Origin: Yuukianura sp. NJ FZ-2021
Lineage: Eukaryota
DNA: 64,000 bases
NCBI GenBank assembly: GCA_046563655.1
Contig: CM102285.1
Span: 8,866,001 to 8,930,000 of the forward strand
Reading direction: 5' to 3'
A program made the position numbers and the translations under genes. Shown here in pieces: positions 20,895 to 34,728 of the stretch. Within the stretch, counting starts at the first letter, position 1, and every line of letters begins with the position of its first letter. The notes under the pieces were generated by a model. The model saw only the letters and a program-made list of their open reading frames with translations. It was not told where the DNA came from and searched no databases.

Positions 20895-21966
20895 TGTTTA
20901 TAAAGTTGAGTTGGTTTGTGATTATTTCTTGATTCACCACGTACTTTTGAGAGTGACCTTTACAAGATGATGTAAAGGAAACCGATGATTCTTTACATTA
21001 GAAGAGATTAGAAGCTGACAACGAGAACTCCTCGCTTTTGTTTTATTAGTGTTTTTAGAGGATGAAGAATACGATGATCAGCTGAAACAGCAATCTCCTC
21101 AGCTGATTTGAAAGTGTTTGTGAGAAGCTTTTTGAATGGCGGTATTTATTTTGTGGTTTGTGGCGGTCTGCCGGTGAGAGCGATCGATGGAAATTCAGGT
21201 AATATGATGTTGTCTAAATAAGCATAAATCTTAAAAACGATTGTTCGTTATCGTTAGAGTTTTATAGAAGCTTAAATCTTCGTCGTATTACGTTTATTCT
21301 CGAAGCGCAATCAGGTAAGTTACACGTTTGGTTCTCTTAAAATTCTTCAAAAACTAAATTCTATCACTTTTCACATTTTTGTCATTCATTCATTGATTGC
21401 TTTCATTCTAAACCTTCATTTCAGGAAATAAGCGATTGATGATTAGCGGATGAACCGTCGCGAACAATCCCAGCCAGCGTGCTGAGACAAGGTAAGCTTA
21501 AGCTTACCACAAAAACTGTGTAGAGTTACGTTTTGTTGTGTGCATAAGTTGTAAAAACTGGACAAATCCTTTCTTTTATAGGATCTTTAAGTTCAGAAGT
21601 TGTGCTCACACGTCACACGTCAGTGTCGCCAGTCACCAGCAGTGTCGGCTAGCGACTAAGAATTTAGCTCCTGTTTGTTTGACTGTTCACTTGAACTGAA
21701 CACCTTTTGGACTCCGACGTTCACCGTAACACCGAGAGTCAACCTTCAACTAATTGCACTGCTTAGTACTACTCGGGTGGTGCGTAGGACAGGAAGGAAC
21801 GGAAAATACAACGAGATGGGAATGGAATGGGATTACTGAATCTTCATTTTTGTAATAAGGTCGCTAATACAATATTCAAGTACTTATTAATTTTCGAATA
21901 TCGACGAGAAAACGGAAACTTTAAACGAGAATGGTCGGTTTTTGAATTGCTTTAGTGAAAATCAAC

Positions 21967-24900
21967 ATGGGACGGCCAAACCAATACCAGGTCACTTCAG
22001 CCCAATCCTCGACGAGAGGAAGAGGCGGAAGAGGACGTGGACGAGGTCAACTATCATCATCAGTAACCACTTCTTCCAGGGTCCGTGTATCGGGAACTGG
22101 AGGAGGACGTGGTACCCGTGCTCGGACCACGGCGTCGAGAGGTAGAGGTAGAGGGAGAGCTGCCGCTTCTTCCACTGCTGCTAATGCTAATCAGCAGCAA
22201 TCGCTGAACGTTACTTCTACTTCGTTTGATGATGACGATGATGCTGACTTGCTATGTTTACAAGCACTGAGGTAACCACGGATTGTAAAATAGTAATTTA
22301 GATATTGCTTTGGATGACTGTCGTTATTTAACAAAAATATTAAATCTGTGGCAGCAACTTCGAGTTGACAACCAACGATTTTTCGAAAGCTTTTGAGGAT
22401 TTGAACAAGTCGGATCAGTTACCTGGATTCGACAAAGTTGCGGGTTAGTCGATTTCAACTTTCTTACAAGCTATAATAGTAGTCAGGACTTAAGTAATTA
22501 ATTCTGTAAATGTTTTTTGTCCAGGTGATATTTGGATATATCCCACCAACCGTCCGGTTCGAGATTACCAATTCAATATTGTCAGTACTGCTCTCTACCA
22601 TAACACAATGGTGTCTTTACCGACAGGTACTTGATACAAAGTCGTTTTTTATTCATGGAATGGATTCAACTGGGTTTTAGCGTCGAAATCTAATGAAATA
22701 CCTGAACAGGTCTTGGAAAAACGTTCATTGCTGCGGTAGTCCTGTACAACTTTCATCGATGGTATCCTAACAATTTGCTTGTTTTTATGGCTCCTACTAG
22801 GCCTCTTGGTAAGATCAGTAAATAGCCTGTGTTTTTCTTAAATTGTTTCATTTTGTTTCTAATTTCTGCTTATCTGCTTATGATTCTTTAGTCAGACAGC
22901 AATTGGACGCCTGTCATGATCTAATGGGAATTGAACCATCCAAGATGGTAGAACTGACGGGCCATATTTCTCCGAAGCGACGCGAAGAACTTTGGAAAGA
23001 AAAGAAAGGTTCGCCTCGTTTTTCTATGTGTCAAAGCAACCGATAACTGCGCTTGCATCTTGATATGCATTCGATTCATAACCGCATTTCTTTACAGTTT
23101 TCTTCTTAACTCCACAAGTGATGGTTAGTGACTTAGATCGCGGAACTTGTCTAGCCGAAGACGTTCGATGCATCGTTGTAAGTAAAGACATATCCCGAAA
23201 CTGCCCGTCGTTACTCTGTTATCAGTTTGTTAATTTAATTACTTTCTGTATTTTCTAGGTGGACGAAGCACATAAGGCGTTGGGAAATTATGCATATTCA
23301 CAAGTGATTCGGATGGTGCTAGAAAAAAACAAGTGCTTCAGAGTATTGGCTTTGAGCGCGACACCAGGAAATGACTTGACAGCAGTTCAAGAAGTAATGT
23401 TTCTTATCCAAATTGAAGTGATGGAATCGTTATTGATGTTAATTAGTTTTTCTGTGTTAACAGGTCATGGCTAATCTTCTAATTTCGAAAGTAGAGCTGA
23501 GATCTGAAACCTCTTTAGACATTCAGCCGTATACCCACAAGAAACAAATTGAAACAATTGTTGTTCATCTGGACCAAAACATCAACAGTGTTCACGATCA
23601 AGTTATGGAGGTAAGATTGTAACGGCTACATGTCTCGTCTCACTTAATAATAATCATAATTAATAATCTTACTTATTGACTTATTACGACCTATACTAAT
23701 AGGTCGTACTTGGCATTTAATGATCTTCTGTGTCTTTGTTTTCTAATCAGATCTTTCAGCATTTTACCGGGAAACTGATGAAACAAAACGCGTTGGCGGG
23801 AGGTGGTGCATCAACTTTTACGCGCTTCCAGGTATTTTGGTTGTCACTATTGAGTAATGGCTAACCACTATAACGTTAGACAGTTTCACCCTCAAGGAGG
23901 TAAGGAGGATTCATTTTTTATTAGTAATATCATTTTTATTTTCAGCTGTTGAAAGCCAGAGACGCCTACCATCAGAGACAAAAGTCCGGAATGCCAAACT
24001 ACCTAAAGGGCCTCATTGAACTGGACTTTGCAATATGTATCTCTCTGGCCTACGCAATTGACCTCCTACAAATTCATGGCCTCCGATCCTTTTACTCGCA
24101 TTTACATTGTAAGTACACATTATTAAGCTACCTTCTTTTTAACAATATTGCCTGTGATATTGAAATAGGTATCAGCTCAATTTACTCTATTTTTCAGCCG
24201 TTTTGAACAAAGAAAAAGGTTCGGCAGCAGTTGCCGTCCAACTCCGTAAGACGAATTTAGAAAATCTTTTAGATGAAGTGCGACAAAAACTTAACATATC
24301 GAATGCCAGCTCATTTTTTGATCTGGATTCTTCCGGCCTGATGACATCGGTGAGCAATAAGTAAAAGTGTGACTCTGAACGTAAATCTAATCATGTGACA
24401 ATATTTTAGTTTTCTCAACCTTCGTCGGATGAGACCGATGCGGATCCTACAAATCCCGAGGACTATTTGCTGAGCCACCCCAAAATGCGGATTTTGAAAG
24501 ACCTCGTGCAGAGCCACTTCAACTCACATCAATCTGGAACACGGATTATGATTTTCAGCGAGGTAGCGAATGTTTTACAGTTTTATTTCTTTATTTACCC
24601 ACAACTTTTAGTACATTTTGTTTTGATGTTTAGTACCGGAATAGCGTGCAAGAAATAGGAAATATGCTGAATTCTCTGCGACCCGTGGTCAAGCCGATGA
24701 TTTTTTTAGGGCAAGGGAAAGGCGCTGGAGTTGGTGGGCGAGGTCTCCGCCAAAAGGAGCAAGTACAAGTTGTGCAGTCATTTAAGAATGGAGATCTGAA
24801 TGTTCTCATTTCTACTTGTGTTGGCGAGGAAGGTCTGGACATTGGCGAAGTGGATTTAATAATTTGCTACGATGCAAGCAGCAGCCCAACGCGATTGGTG

Positions 24901-27900
24901 CAAAGAATGGGACGAACTGGACGTCAACGGGAAGGAAAGACTATTTTTCTGTTAACTTCTGGAAGGGAGTGGCGGGTAAGATTTTTTGATCCAGAAATAC
25001 CGTTTCAAGTTCGATATTCTTTGACTTTGGAGTTTTTTTTTCAGTTGTACCACAACAGTGTTCAGCAGCAACAAACTATAAGTAAAGGCATAACCGATAC
25101 CAGTATGCTTGAACAGTTTCTGTATAAAGCGTCGCCAAGAATGGTTCCCCCAGGTAAGTTGTTGAAAAAAGTAATCATATGAGTCTTTGTGTATGGTCCC
25201 TTTTATCAATTTTATATAAGAATTTAATTTATGTTTTCAGGAGTTAATCCACGGTGCTTCAAAATGAGTATTCTTTCGTCTACAGACCAAAAGCGTGAAG
25301 CCGATGAAGAAAGTGATTCGGAAGTCGACAGTATAGGTTAGTCTTCGCGAACTTGCGATCTTTGTGACAAGCATCCAGTTGTTCATTGAGGAATTCATCA
25401 ATTTTGTTTAACTTTTACACCCCCTAGATCCTGAGGATAACTCCGACGAAGAAAATGAACGACAATCAAGTTCCATTGGAAAGCGCAAGAAACCGCCGCG
25501 AACGAAAACTGCGTCGACGAGTTCCAAAAATTCGACGACTTCCACTGCCAAAGCCAAGAATAAGAAAAGCAAGAGTGATTCCGCCTTGACAAAGAAAAAT
25601 GGCAAAAGCAACGCCAAAGTACAAAAGAAGCGAGCCACTAAATCGGATTCCATTGGAACGGAAAGTCAACAAGCCGCGTCAACGACTAATCTGTCAATGG
25701 ACGAGCACCTCAGCACCAATGGCGGTGAAGAAGTAGGAATGGACGCGTGTACCTTTGACGATGAAAATCCATTAGACACATCTTTCAACCTAATGCTTGA
25801 ATCGGAGGCTGTAAACGACAACGTGAGGCATGGACCTGACCAGGATTATCAAGCAAATCTCAAGAGAGTGTTTGGAATTAAGGATTTGGAAGCTGGGAAC
25901 CAGACAAAGTGCGTCTTTGTCCCAAAATTGGCGTTGCCATGTGAAGAAATACCGGAACTCCCGCCCCTGGAGGAGTTGGATAACATCTTCAGTGACGTAA
26001 GTGTGGAACGGCTTCGGGAAAAGTTGAACTCCATTTACGTTTTTGGTCCAAACTCTGATCGCTGTGACTGTGGGAAGCTGGTTGTCGATTCTGACGAAGA
26101 GGAAAATAATTTCGTTGAGAAGCCAAACGAACCAAACATGGACATCGAGTTGTATAATGATTTTGACAAACCGAAGCCGCAACTCGCAGTGGATGAGACT
26201 GTTCCAGTTCCAGTTCCTCTTCAAGCATCCATCGAACCTGCTCAGTCTCCGCAACTTTCTCAAAAGGAAAAGGAAGAACTGGACGCGTTTAATCTGGCTT
26301 TTGAAGCAGCTTTTGACGAGGAAAATGAGGAACTGGATTTCTTTCCAGCACCACCTACTGAATTGGAAACTGAAGAACGAAGTCCTATTTTTAAGAGAAG
26401 ATCACTCCCATCCTCTACTCCCACATTGTGCAATTTTGACGATTTGGAAACAAACGCAAGTGTTGTTTCGAAGTCCCAGAATTTTATGTCACCGAAGACA
26501 CAAAACCAGCGATCCTCTCCCAACTCCAGCCCATGTTCTTCTCCAGAGATTTATCCTGCTTCTCCACTTTCCCCCAAGAAGCTGCGACGCGCCGCACCTG
26601 GAAAACTCATACGTAAACCAGCCAACACTTTTCCAGTTGCAAGCTCCAGCACGGAAATGCCAACTCGAGTGCCTCCCACCAGAAAAGAGTTGTTTCCATT
26701 GGTGCCGGCCGCAACAAAACCCGTTTCAACATCACCGCCGTCCTCTGATGCAACGTACTACGAATCAGGCCAATCACAAGATGAAGATCAGATGGAGCTA
26801 AGTCCAATAATTACAAAAACCGTAACTCCTGCTTCACACCCTCCCACCAAAAAATTCATTTTCAAAGACAAAACTTTACCCGAGAGGGAAACTCCTGCTG
26901 AGCCAAGTACAAACAATTTGACGGAGCAGAGCAAAACTCATGATACGGAGATGGTCGGAACGAATTCACCAGGTTCCCATTCCGGGTCGCAAATTAATTA
27001 TTTTTCTCCAGATTGCTTCGACTCAACCAACGTCTCTGCAAATGGAAGTTCAAGAAGAGTATTTTCATTTCGGAAACCCACGGAAGTGCGCTCCACTCCT
27101 GCGGTCCGATTCGAAGAATTGTTACGCGGCCCCATCCTGTTGTCGCAAAATGACGCTACTCCAACATCACAACCCGAGTCTTCGAATATGCCTCAGCAGT
27201 CCCTCAGTAATAGGACATCGCTTTTTTCTCCGGGAATGGTGGAAATGTCCGAGCCAAGCGCTATATGCAAACTAACATTGCCATCATCTACGTTAACAAA
27301 CAAATGCAAAACGCCAACAAGGAATGTTGCGACAAATCAACCTCAACGTTGGTTCAATACCTCACTCAACGTCCAAACAAGTAAACCTTCACAGCCAATT
27401 GGGAGATCCGTCGCAAATGAAGCCGATGAAGACGGATTTAACTCCTCAGACTCGGATGATGTGTTTTTTATTCCGAGGAACAGTGGGACCCAGTCTACTG
27501 CTGCAGCAGCTTCGATGGCGCGCACACCGCCGTCAGTGGAATGCATAACTCCAGAAATGAAAAGCAGCACTCCGCTGAGAAAACCTAGCAGAAGACGAAA
27601 TGGGCAACGCGGGCGCAGGCGAATAGGAAGTGACTTTGTGTTGAATGAGGCTGAAGTCGAAGGAGATACTGGTTCCGATGACTCCGAAGAAATGGGCGAC
27701 ACGGATGCTTATGACACGTCCTTTGTTGCCGTAGAAGAGAGCCCACCACTTGTCACTGAGACGTATGTACTCAACAGTTCGACTTAGGTTTAAAAAAATG
27801 CTAAAAAACGAAACATTTAATAAAATTATCTTGAATGACTTTGTGTTTCAGGCAACAAGTCCGATACATTCAATCAACCAAGGTAACTCCGACCAGATTA

Positions 27901-28323
27901 CCCCACAAGAAGAGATCTCTTCACGAGGTGGCGTTGGACAGAATTGAACGTGCCCAGGATAGAGACCAGTTCCTGGATGAGTATCAAATGGTAGAGCAAT
28001 TTCTTGGCTGAACTATGCTTTAGTTGGACGAGTAGTTTAAATAATTTCTGTTTCTTATTTAGGATGATGAGGACTCGAGTGTGTTTTGCGTACCTAATGA
28101 TTATATTGAATACGAGACTACTGGAGATTTCACACAACGAATGGACGAGGCGCGGCTTGCAATCCAGTTAGAGAGTCCTTCGACTGGATTTAAAAAGAAT
28201 CTGAGGTCAAAGACTCGACGACAAGCGAAAAAGTCACCAGAAGAATTTAAGGCACCGCTGCCAGTGAATCCAGGAGCAAAGAAAAGGAAGAGGGTTGTGA
28301 TTTACAGTTCGGATAGCGAGTAA
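21967..28323 (+). CDS. FANCM: Fanconi anemia group M DEAH helicase/translocase
   Basis: [96 protein letters not shown]; long disordered exon 25429-27763 with [11 protein letters not shown] motif; stop at 28321-28323. Confidence 0.95.
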
Positions 28324-28799
28324 ACTATGGTTTTCCATCTAAAAAAAAAGACTGAATCCTATGTTAACACAAAACTAGCTACAAACTTTCAAGGTTAGAG
28401 AGGGTATTTTCTGAACGAAATTACAATGTGAGCGTCCTGGTTCGGAGGACTTACATAAAAAGTTAACAAATGTGCTGTCTAATGGTGCAAGTCACCTTTT
28501 GACCAAGTCAAATTGACATTGTATTTATCTAAAAGTACTAGGGTTAACATAATAGCGAATTCAATGTTCGATAAACTGGGAGGATACACATCGTAAATGA
28601 GAAAAAGAAATACGCATTTGATACAATCATTGTGACCGTCAGTAACAAAATTATATTCAACTATTTTTTTTTACCGTTTGGATACATATTTTTGTTAGTT
28701 TTAAAGTAAAACGGATGCAATAACTTAGGAAATTAACTCTGTTGATTTTTTTTCAGCTTAAAGTTTTATGTTTAACGGTGAGACCTGCACTCCTTTGGC

Positions 28800-29417
28800 T
28801 TATTTTGAAGGTGGGATTTGTTGAAGGGCTTCCTGTAGGGTCACTGGTTCAATGACATCTAGCCACAATAGCCACATGTACAGAAGGGCAACGAGGCCCT
28901 TGGACAGGGGAACTAACAGGCTCTGAAAAAGCACTAAAAATCCAAGGCCGTACATCGTACCTACAAAAATTTAGTTAGAGTTAGCTGGTTAGATGAAATT
29001 TGAATTTGTTTAAGTTGGAAGTTAGGGGAAAGTTGAGTGTAAAAAGTTACCTAGGAATGTGTATCCAATCATGTACTCTACACGGAGAAAGTCCGGTGGA
29101 ACAGTTATGTCTTTTATCGTAAACTGTTTCTTGGACTTTGAAGTGTCCCGCTGGAGTCGTCGTTGAGTTCTGCCAGAAACTGTCAACGTTTTGGTCAAGG
29201 TCAAAAAATCAGAACCAGAAACCCATAATGCTTCTGTTGACCTCTCTTTGTCGCTAAGAAAGTTCTGCTGGAGAAAATCACTTTCACCTCTACAGTTCTG
29301 CGCTTGGTGTCGTCGCCGGTTCCTAAACGAAATTGAGCGGATTTCCGCGGCCACTACATCCGTGATAATTGTAGTAATTAGTAGTATTGCTCTTACACTG
29401 TCACAATTGAGGTGCAT
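28800..29417 (-). CDS. Uncharacterised 175-aa protein with putative signal peptide and C-terminal hydrophobic segment(s), 2 exons
   Basis: Exons 29417-29051 and 28960-28800 join in frame through a 90-nt GT-AG intron: MHLNCDSVRAILLITTIITDVVAA...RNRRR...YMIGYTFLGTMYGLGFLVLFQSLLVPLSKGLVALLYMWLLWLDVIEPVTLQEALQQIPPSK*. Confidence 0.65.
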
Positions 29418-30666
29418 TTCTACACTCTAACCTCGACATATTCACATGTTGTTGGAGTTACTATTCTTGTCTACAACTTTTGCTTTCTCATTCACCTAGA
29501 AATGACGGTATTTTTGGAATACCGTTACAAATGGAGCCGTGTGTCCAAAAGATTACTCGCGGTATCCCAATTGCATTAAAATAGAAACACGAAATCTTAA
29601 CAAAGCTGCATGCATCTCATCGAATCAGGCCGAGGATCAGCAACAGTGATTGTAGCCTCATGTAACCACCCAGGTTATTTGGTAGCTACTTGCTACACTA
29701 ACCAACATAATGTTGCCGCCGCACAGTATAGCCACCCAACCCGCAAAGTGGCTACAATGAAGGTGGTTAAGCGTTACCGCAACCGCGAATCATGCGCAAA
29801 ATTTAAACAAAATGGCGACGGCTCGAAGTGAAAAACTCATTTAGATTCTCCGGTTGCAGAGATTTGAATACAAGGAAATTCTAAAACATCAATTTAATAT
29901 CTTTAGGTTTTAATTCGGTATCTGCCATTTTAATCTAAATTAGCAAAGGAAACTGACAGTGACTAATTTCTTAAGGCATATTTCCAAACCTGATATGTTT
30001 CTATGTAGGACATCATGGGGTCAAAGGTTATTGGAAAGTCTTGGAATGATATGTTCGAATGAACGAATTCAATCTTCTAGACGTCGTCACGCTTTGCTTA
30101 TACGAGTATACACTGCTCTTCTACTACTTTGCTATCAAAACCAGTCTATAATTTGTCTGAACGTTTGCTACATTTTAAAGCGCCTTTTCCTTAAAACTAT
30201 TTAGATTAACTCCATCCACTTTGTCAACTGATTTCTTTCCGCGGAAAAGTCCGAACAAATACCACAGATACGATTACGAGTGTTTGTAGTGTATGAGCTG
30301 ATTGTCTAAAACTTAATTTTAAAGTTTAAAACTAGTTTGACATTGACTTAATAATGAACTTTCTCTGGTAACAATTGCATAAGTCGGACGATACAGGGAA
30401 TGTTTAGGGTAGATTTCTATAAAATAGCGGCTCTGGGGATCATAATAAAAATGTCAGTGATTCATTTGGCATCTAGACGCTTCACTCTACTAATTTGTCG
30501 CTAACACCTATAACACATGGAAGCTACAAATGATTGTAGGTCATTAGGTCATTGCGATATGTTAATACTGACTTTGAGATGACTATCACAATTGTTCCTA
30601 CCTTCTCGGATTTCTTGGCTTTCTTTTAGCTTATTGCAGACGTTTCCCTTGTTTTGGATTTCGTTG

Positions 30667-33170
30667 CTAATTTTGTCTTGAATTCAGGTCATTGTTAGTA
30701 GCTTGAAGGGGTTTTCGTACTCTTCCTTTGGACTTCACACCTCCTTTTGAAGTGATGAGAAAGGACTCCACTGACTCACTTCTTGAGAGCCGATGATCTA
30801 GGTAACGGTGATGATATTTCTTAAATGTATGGCAGGACATGCAACGCCGTAAAACCGAAGGCTCGTCGTCCGCGTAACCCAGCGAAGTTAAAATATCGTC
30901 AATTTTGTTGGCATATTCCAGATGACCCGAAACAATGGAACTCAAGTCGACGTTGTGCATTCTGGGATGACTCCAAGTGACAGGCTCCAGACCAGCAATT
31001 CTAAAACGTCAAAAGATCATTTACAACATTCAACTTCGTTTGGAACAATTTGTTTCTGTTTCTTCATTTCCAATGGTTTTCCCACCTATAATGCCCGGTT
31101 GTCGTTCGGTACAGAAATTTAAGAAGCCAGTCCCCACTGCAATAGCCGTTCACAATTTTTCCTCCAACGACAGTTGCCAGCTTACTCCAGTCGCTTGCCC
31201 GCCCACTAACCGGAGCTCCTAGCATAATTGCATCCAGAACAATTCCTTCAGAGCCCTTTCGTTGACTCAACTCCTAAAAATCCAAAACAGAGCTAATCAA
31301 AGTAATTACTATGCTTCTTTGGTACTAGTACCTCGCACGCTACGTGCATAATGAGAGGGTACGGAGTATCGGAAAACTTACGAGGAGACAATAGAAGACA
31401 ACACGAGCTCCCAAGCTAAGTCCGATGAGCGTAACGGGTCGATTTCCATGTGTCCTCGAGATTAATACATCCGCCAATTTCCTGCCAATTTGGGCTGATC
31501 TGCGACAGCAAACTCCCCAAGGATTGTCTAAAACCGAGGCCAACGTCAGGAGGCTTGCTGGCCACGCAATGGCACTAATCAACCCTGGAGAAATAAAATA
31601 TTGATTTCATGTGTCTTACAAAAGTATCAACTTAATTATTGCCTTTGCTTAAATTACCAGAAAGAACGGTCATCTTCAGCGCCTCTTGGGCAGCCAGGCT
31701 TACAGCGAAACTAAGCAAGTAGTCGATCGATCGACCCAATTCAATCAAATATTCCGACTCGTACATGAGGCAGTACTGCTCATCAGAAATTTTTAGGTTT
31801 TTCCATGGAATCCAGAATCCACTCTCTCCAACTTGATCATTCAGCCAACCGGATACTGCGATTGTAACATGAAGAGATCTGTACAAAAAATAAAGCTTGT
31901 TAACGCTGTAGGAATTGCAACATTCGAAATTGCGTAATAAGCTTTTCTTTTTACTTCGAATAGGGCCTCCGCATTGATTTGAACCTGAATTCTTCGATAT
32001 CACCAACACGTTTCTGCATTTTGTAACCGGAAAGCCCTGCACCAGCGACTCCAAACAGCGATCCAATGACGGCCACTCCAGCTGCTGAGCCTAATGTAGC
32101 ACCAGCAGTGGCTCCTAGCACAGTTCCCACTCCAGCACCAATAAGTGGGGCAGCTGGAACATAGATTCACCATGATTAATCAGTTTCAGTCTTAAATGGT
32201 AAACGTTTTATGCCATGGAATTTTAAAAACTTACCTAACCCACCACTTAAACCCAGTAGAGTTCCTCCGCCGATGGTAGCCAATCCAACTAGAGCGTATC
32301 TTTTGATCTTCCGATTCCTTTGTCTCTTCATAGTTTCAGCGTCACTGCAATAGTAAACACAACGGTATGCATAAGCGTTCGATTCGATTCTTGATAATAA
32401 ATCGTTTACTCTGCTTTCGGTGGCGCTTCTTCCAGTAGGAACTTCACTGCAGACTCTTCCATCATTTCAAGTAGGCTCAATGGACGTATCTGGAGGAAGT
32501 GTGATACACGCAGAATCAAAGCCCTCGTCCTCGAATCGTAGTTTCCTAAAATACAATTAAATTAATTTCATAGTTTTGTATTTTCCGTTTTAATGAGAAC
32601 GGATGTAGTACTGTGCATGCGAAAACAATTACCCGACGCAACTCCTAGCAGTGATTGCCAAAAGTTAAAAGCAGAAGTTAAGATTTCGAACGATAATACA
32701 CAAGCTTTGAGACAAAATTTAAATCTCCTGACATTTTGGTACATACCTCCACGGACGACGTGATAAATCAAGTCATTCACGATGAAGAACGAAAACGCCT
32801 TGCCCTCACTGCGGACAAGGTCTACGTATACTTCCTGACTTTGGGCACCCTCTCCACGGAAAAGCGCCAGCATGACGTGATCCGTATGAGCTGACATCTC
32901 TAGATGAATTCGAATGCCCTTGATTAGACCTTCAGAGAATTCATAATGAACGGGATCTTCTCCGTACAACTGCTTCAGCGCCAAGGCTGTCAAAGCTGCG
33001 TAGCTATATTTCGCAGCGTCCGTGAATTTCTTGCCTAAGAAGAATAACAACGTTGTTAAAACTTCAAATCACATTTCTCTTATAATTTTTAGAAATTGCC
33101 TACCTGATAAGACTCTTGCCGTTGCCACATTTGAATTGACATCAGGAACTTCTGCGCTAGCACTGGACAT
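30667..33170 (-). CDS. TMCO4: Transmembrane and coiled-coil domain protein 4 (DUF726, alpha/beta-hydrolase-like)
   Basis: YDSRTR, KRYALVGLATIGGGTLLGLSGGLAAPLIGAG, LHVTIAVSGWL, AIAWPASLLTLASVLDNPWGVCCRRS, RPVTLIGLSLGARVVFYCL, NGYCSGDWLLKFLYR, NVDLSSIVSGHLEY. Confidence 0.93.
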
Positions 33171-34555
33171 GACTGAAGAAACCTACGAGTACTGCTGCAG
33201 CACTCGCCAGTCGTCACTAGTCCGTCAGCCACCTCACTAAATGATCTTTTTGTCAACAGCGCCAACGACGGCAGTAGTATCAGTCATTCCAACAACAGTT
33301 ATATGAAATTATGATATGTTATCTTCAGCTCCAAGTGATCGACTAATGACGAATAACTGCTATTATCCAGCACCATGCCCTTGCCCGTGTCCGCCAAGGT
33401 TCTCCACTCTCTGGAATATTTTGAAAATACTAAATTGGTCATTTTCTCAAATCCATTTTTATTGAATTTGAACGATTCCCTAAACGTAATGTTAAAAATG
33501 ACAGGATTCCTTACCTCCTACGCCAACTTCTGTTTAGTCAAAAACCGAAGAAAGCCTTAATGCTGCACTGCGGACATTTGCAAACTGTAAAATCCGGAAA
33601 TCCAGAAATCCAGTCAGTAGGTCAATTGCAACTTTCTCCTATGCCCTAGCCAGGTCAATATGTTTATGTCAATGTGTAAAACGCATCTGTTCTTTAATAC
33701 TTTTGAGGAACCACAATTTAGATGATATGACAATGAAAGAGAGCACGAGAGCAGCTGATGAGCAATAAGTTGGGAGCAATAGGACTACTACGGATTACAA
33801 AAATATGGTGATGATGGACACATTTCCAGGGTTGGACTGAAACTGAAAAAAATGAAACTAAATGGAGAAAGTGATGGTGAAGGGACTGGAAATGTAAATG
33901 TCAGAGGCCAATCTATTTACAGACGGAAGATGACAGAGAGGATATGACAGAGGAGAGATGGGACTTCAAATGAATTTAGGCAAGAGCTTTTTTTTTATTC
34001 TGCTCTCCGAAACAAACAGCAAATGAAAAGGCGTCGAAGCGCATCAAGTGCTCAGCTCAAAATTCGCAAAAGAGAAAGTCACCCAATTTCCTGTGTACTT
34101 GATGCAATTTGCAAAGGGCACATCAAAGCACAGGCTAAAAACTAGAACTAATTTTTCCTTATTACTTGCCAAAACTATTGCATCTTCCAAATAAGTTGAC
34201 CTACTTCTTAAGTATACTCAATCCTTGGTGAGGTTTTGCTCTTTTGGTGGCTCAAAACCTCAAGAATTTCGCAAATTCTTTCCGCATTACTAAATTTTTT
34301 CAACACTTGTTTTCAATTAACTTAAGCTTTTGAAACTCTACGAGAGTCGTCGGAAATATGCTCAATTAGTTGGTTTTGAAATGCTAAAAAAATCGTGCAA
34401 GGTTGATCTAACCGAGGGTTCCAGGATTGACTGTTACATAGCTCAGTTTCAGAAAATAACGTCAGTACAGTAGTAAACTTGGTAGGGAACTTCAAACAAG
34501 CGATATCGCTTACTTTAAACAGCGTTCATTTCTTCGTGTCAATTTTACCTGCTAA

Positions 34556-34728
34556 AGGCGGGTTCACGCCGTGGCCCTGGATGGATTTCCCTTCCCCTTT
34601 CCATGCATAAAGCTCCACGCAAACTTTCTCTGGATGATCCATCTAGAGAAAGCAAATCTGGTGTGAACGACTGAATTGCCGTCCAATGAATGAATGAATC
34701 CATCCAGTGGTCCGGTGTGAACCCGCCT
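34556..34728. mobile_element. PIF/Harbinger (Tourist-like) MITE
   Basis: About 32-bp imperfect TIRs AGGCGGGTTCAC(G/A)CCG.....CTGGATGGATT flanked by a TAA duplication on both sides (34553-34555, 34729-34731). Confidence 0.85.

Noticed and set aside
25790..27702. Long alternative-frame and antisense ORFs (for example 26043-26801)
   Set aside because: Shadows of the large low-complexity FANCM exon.
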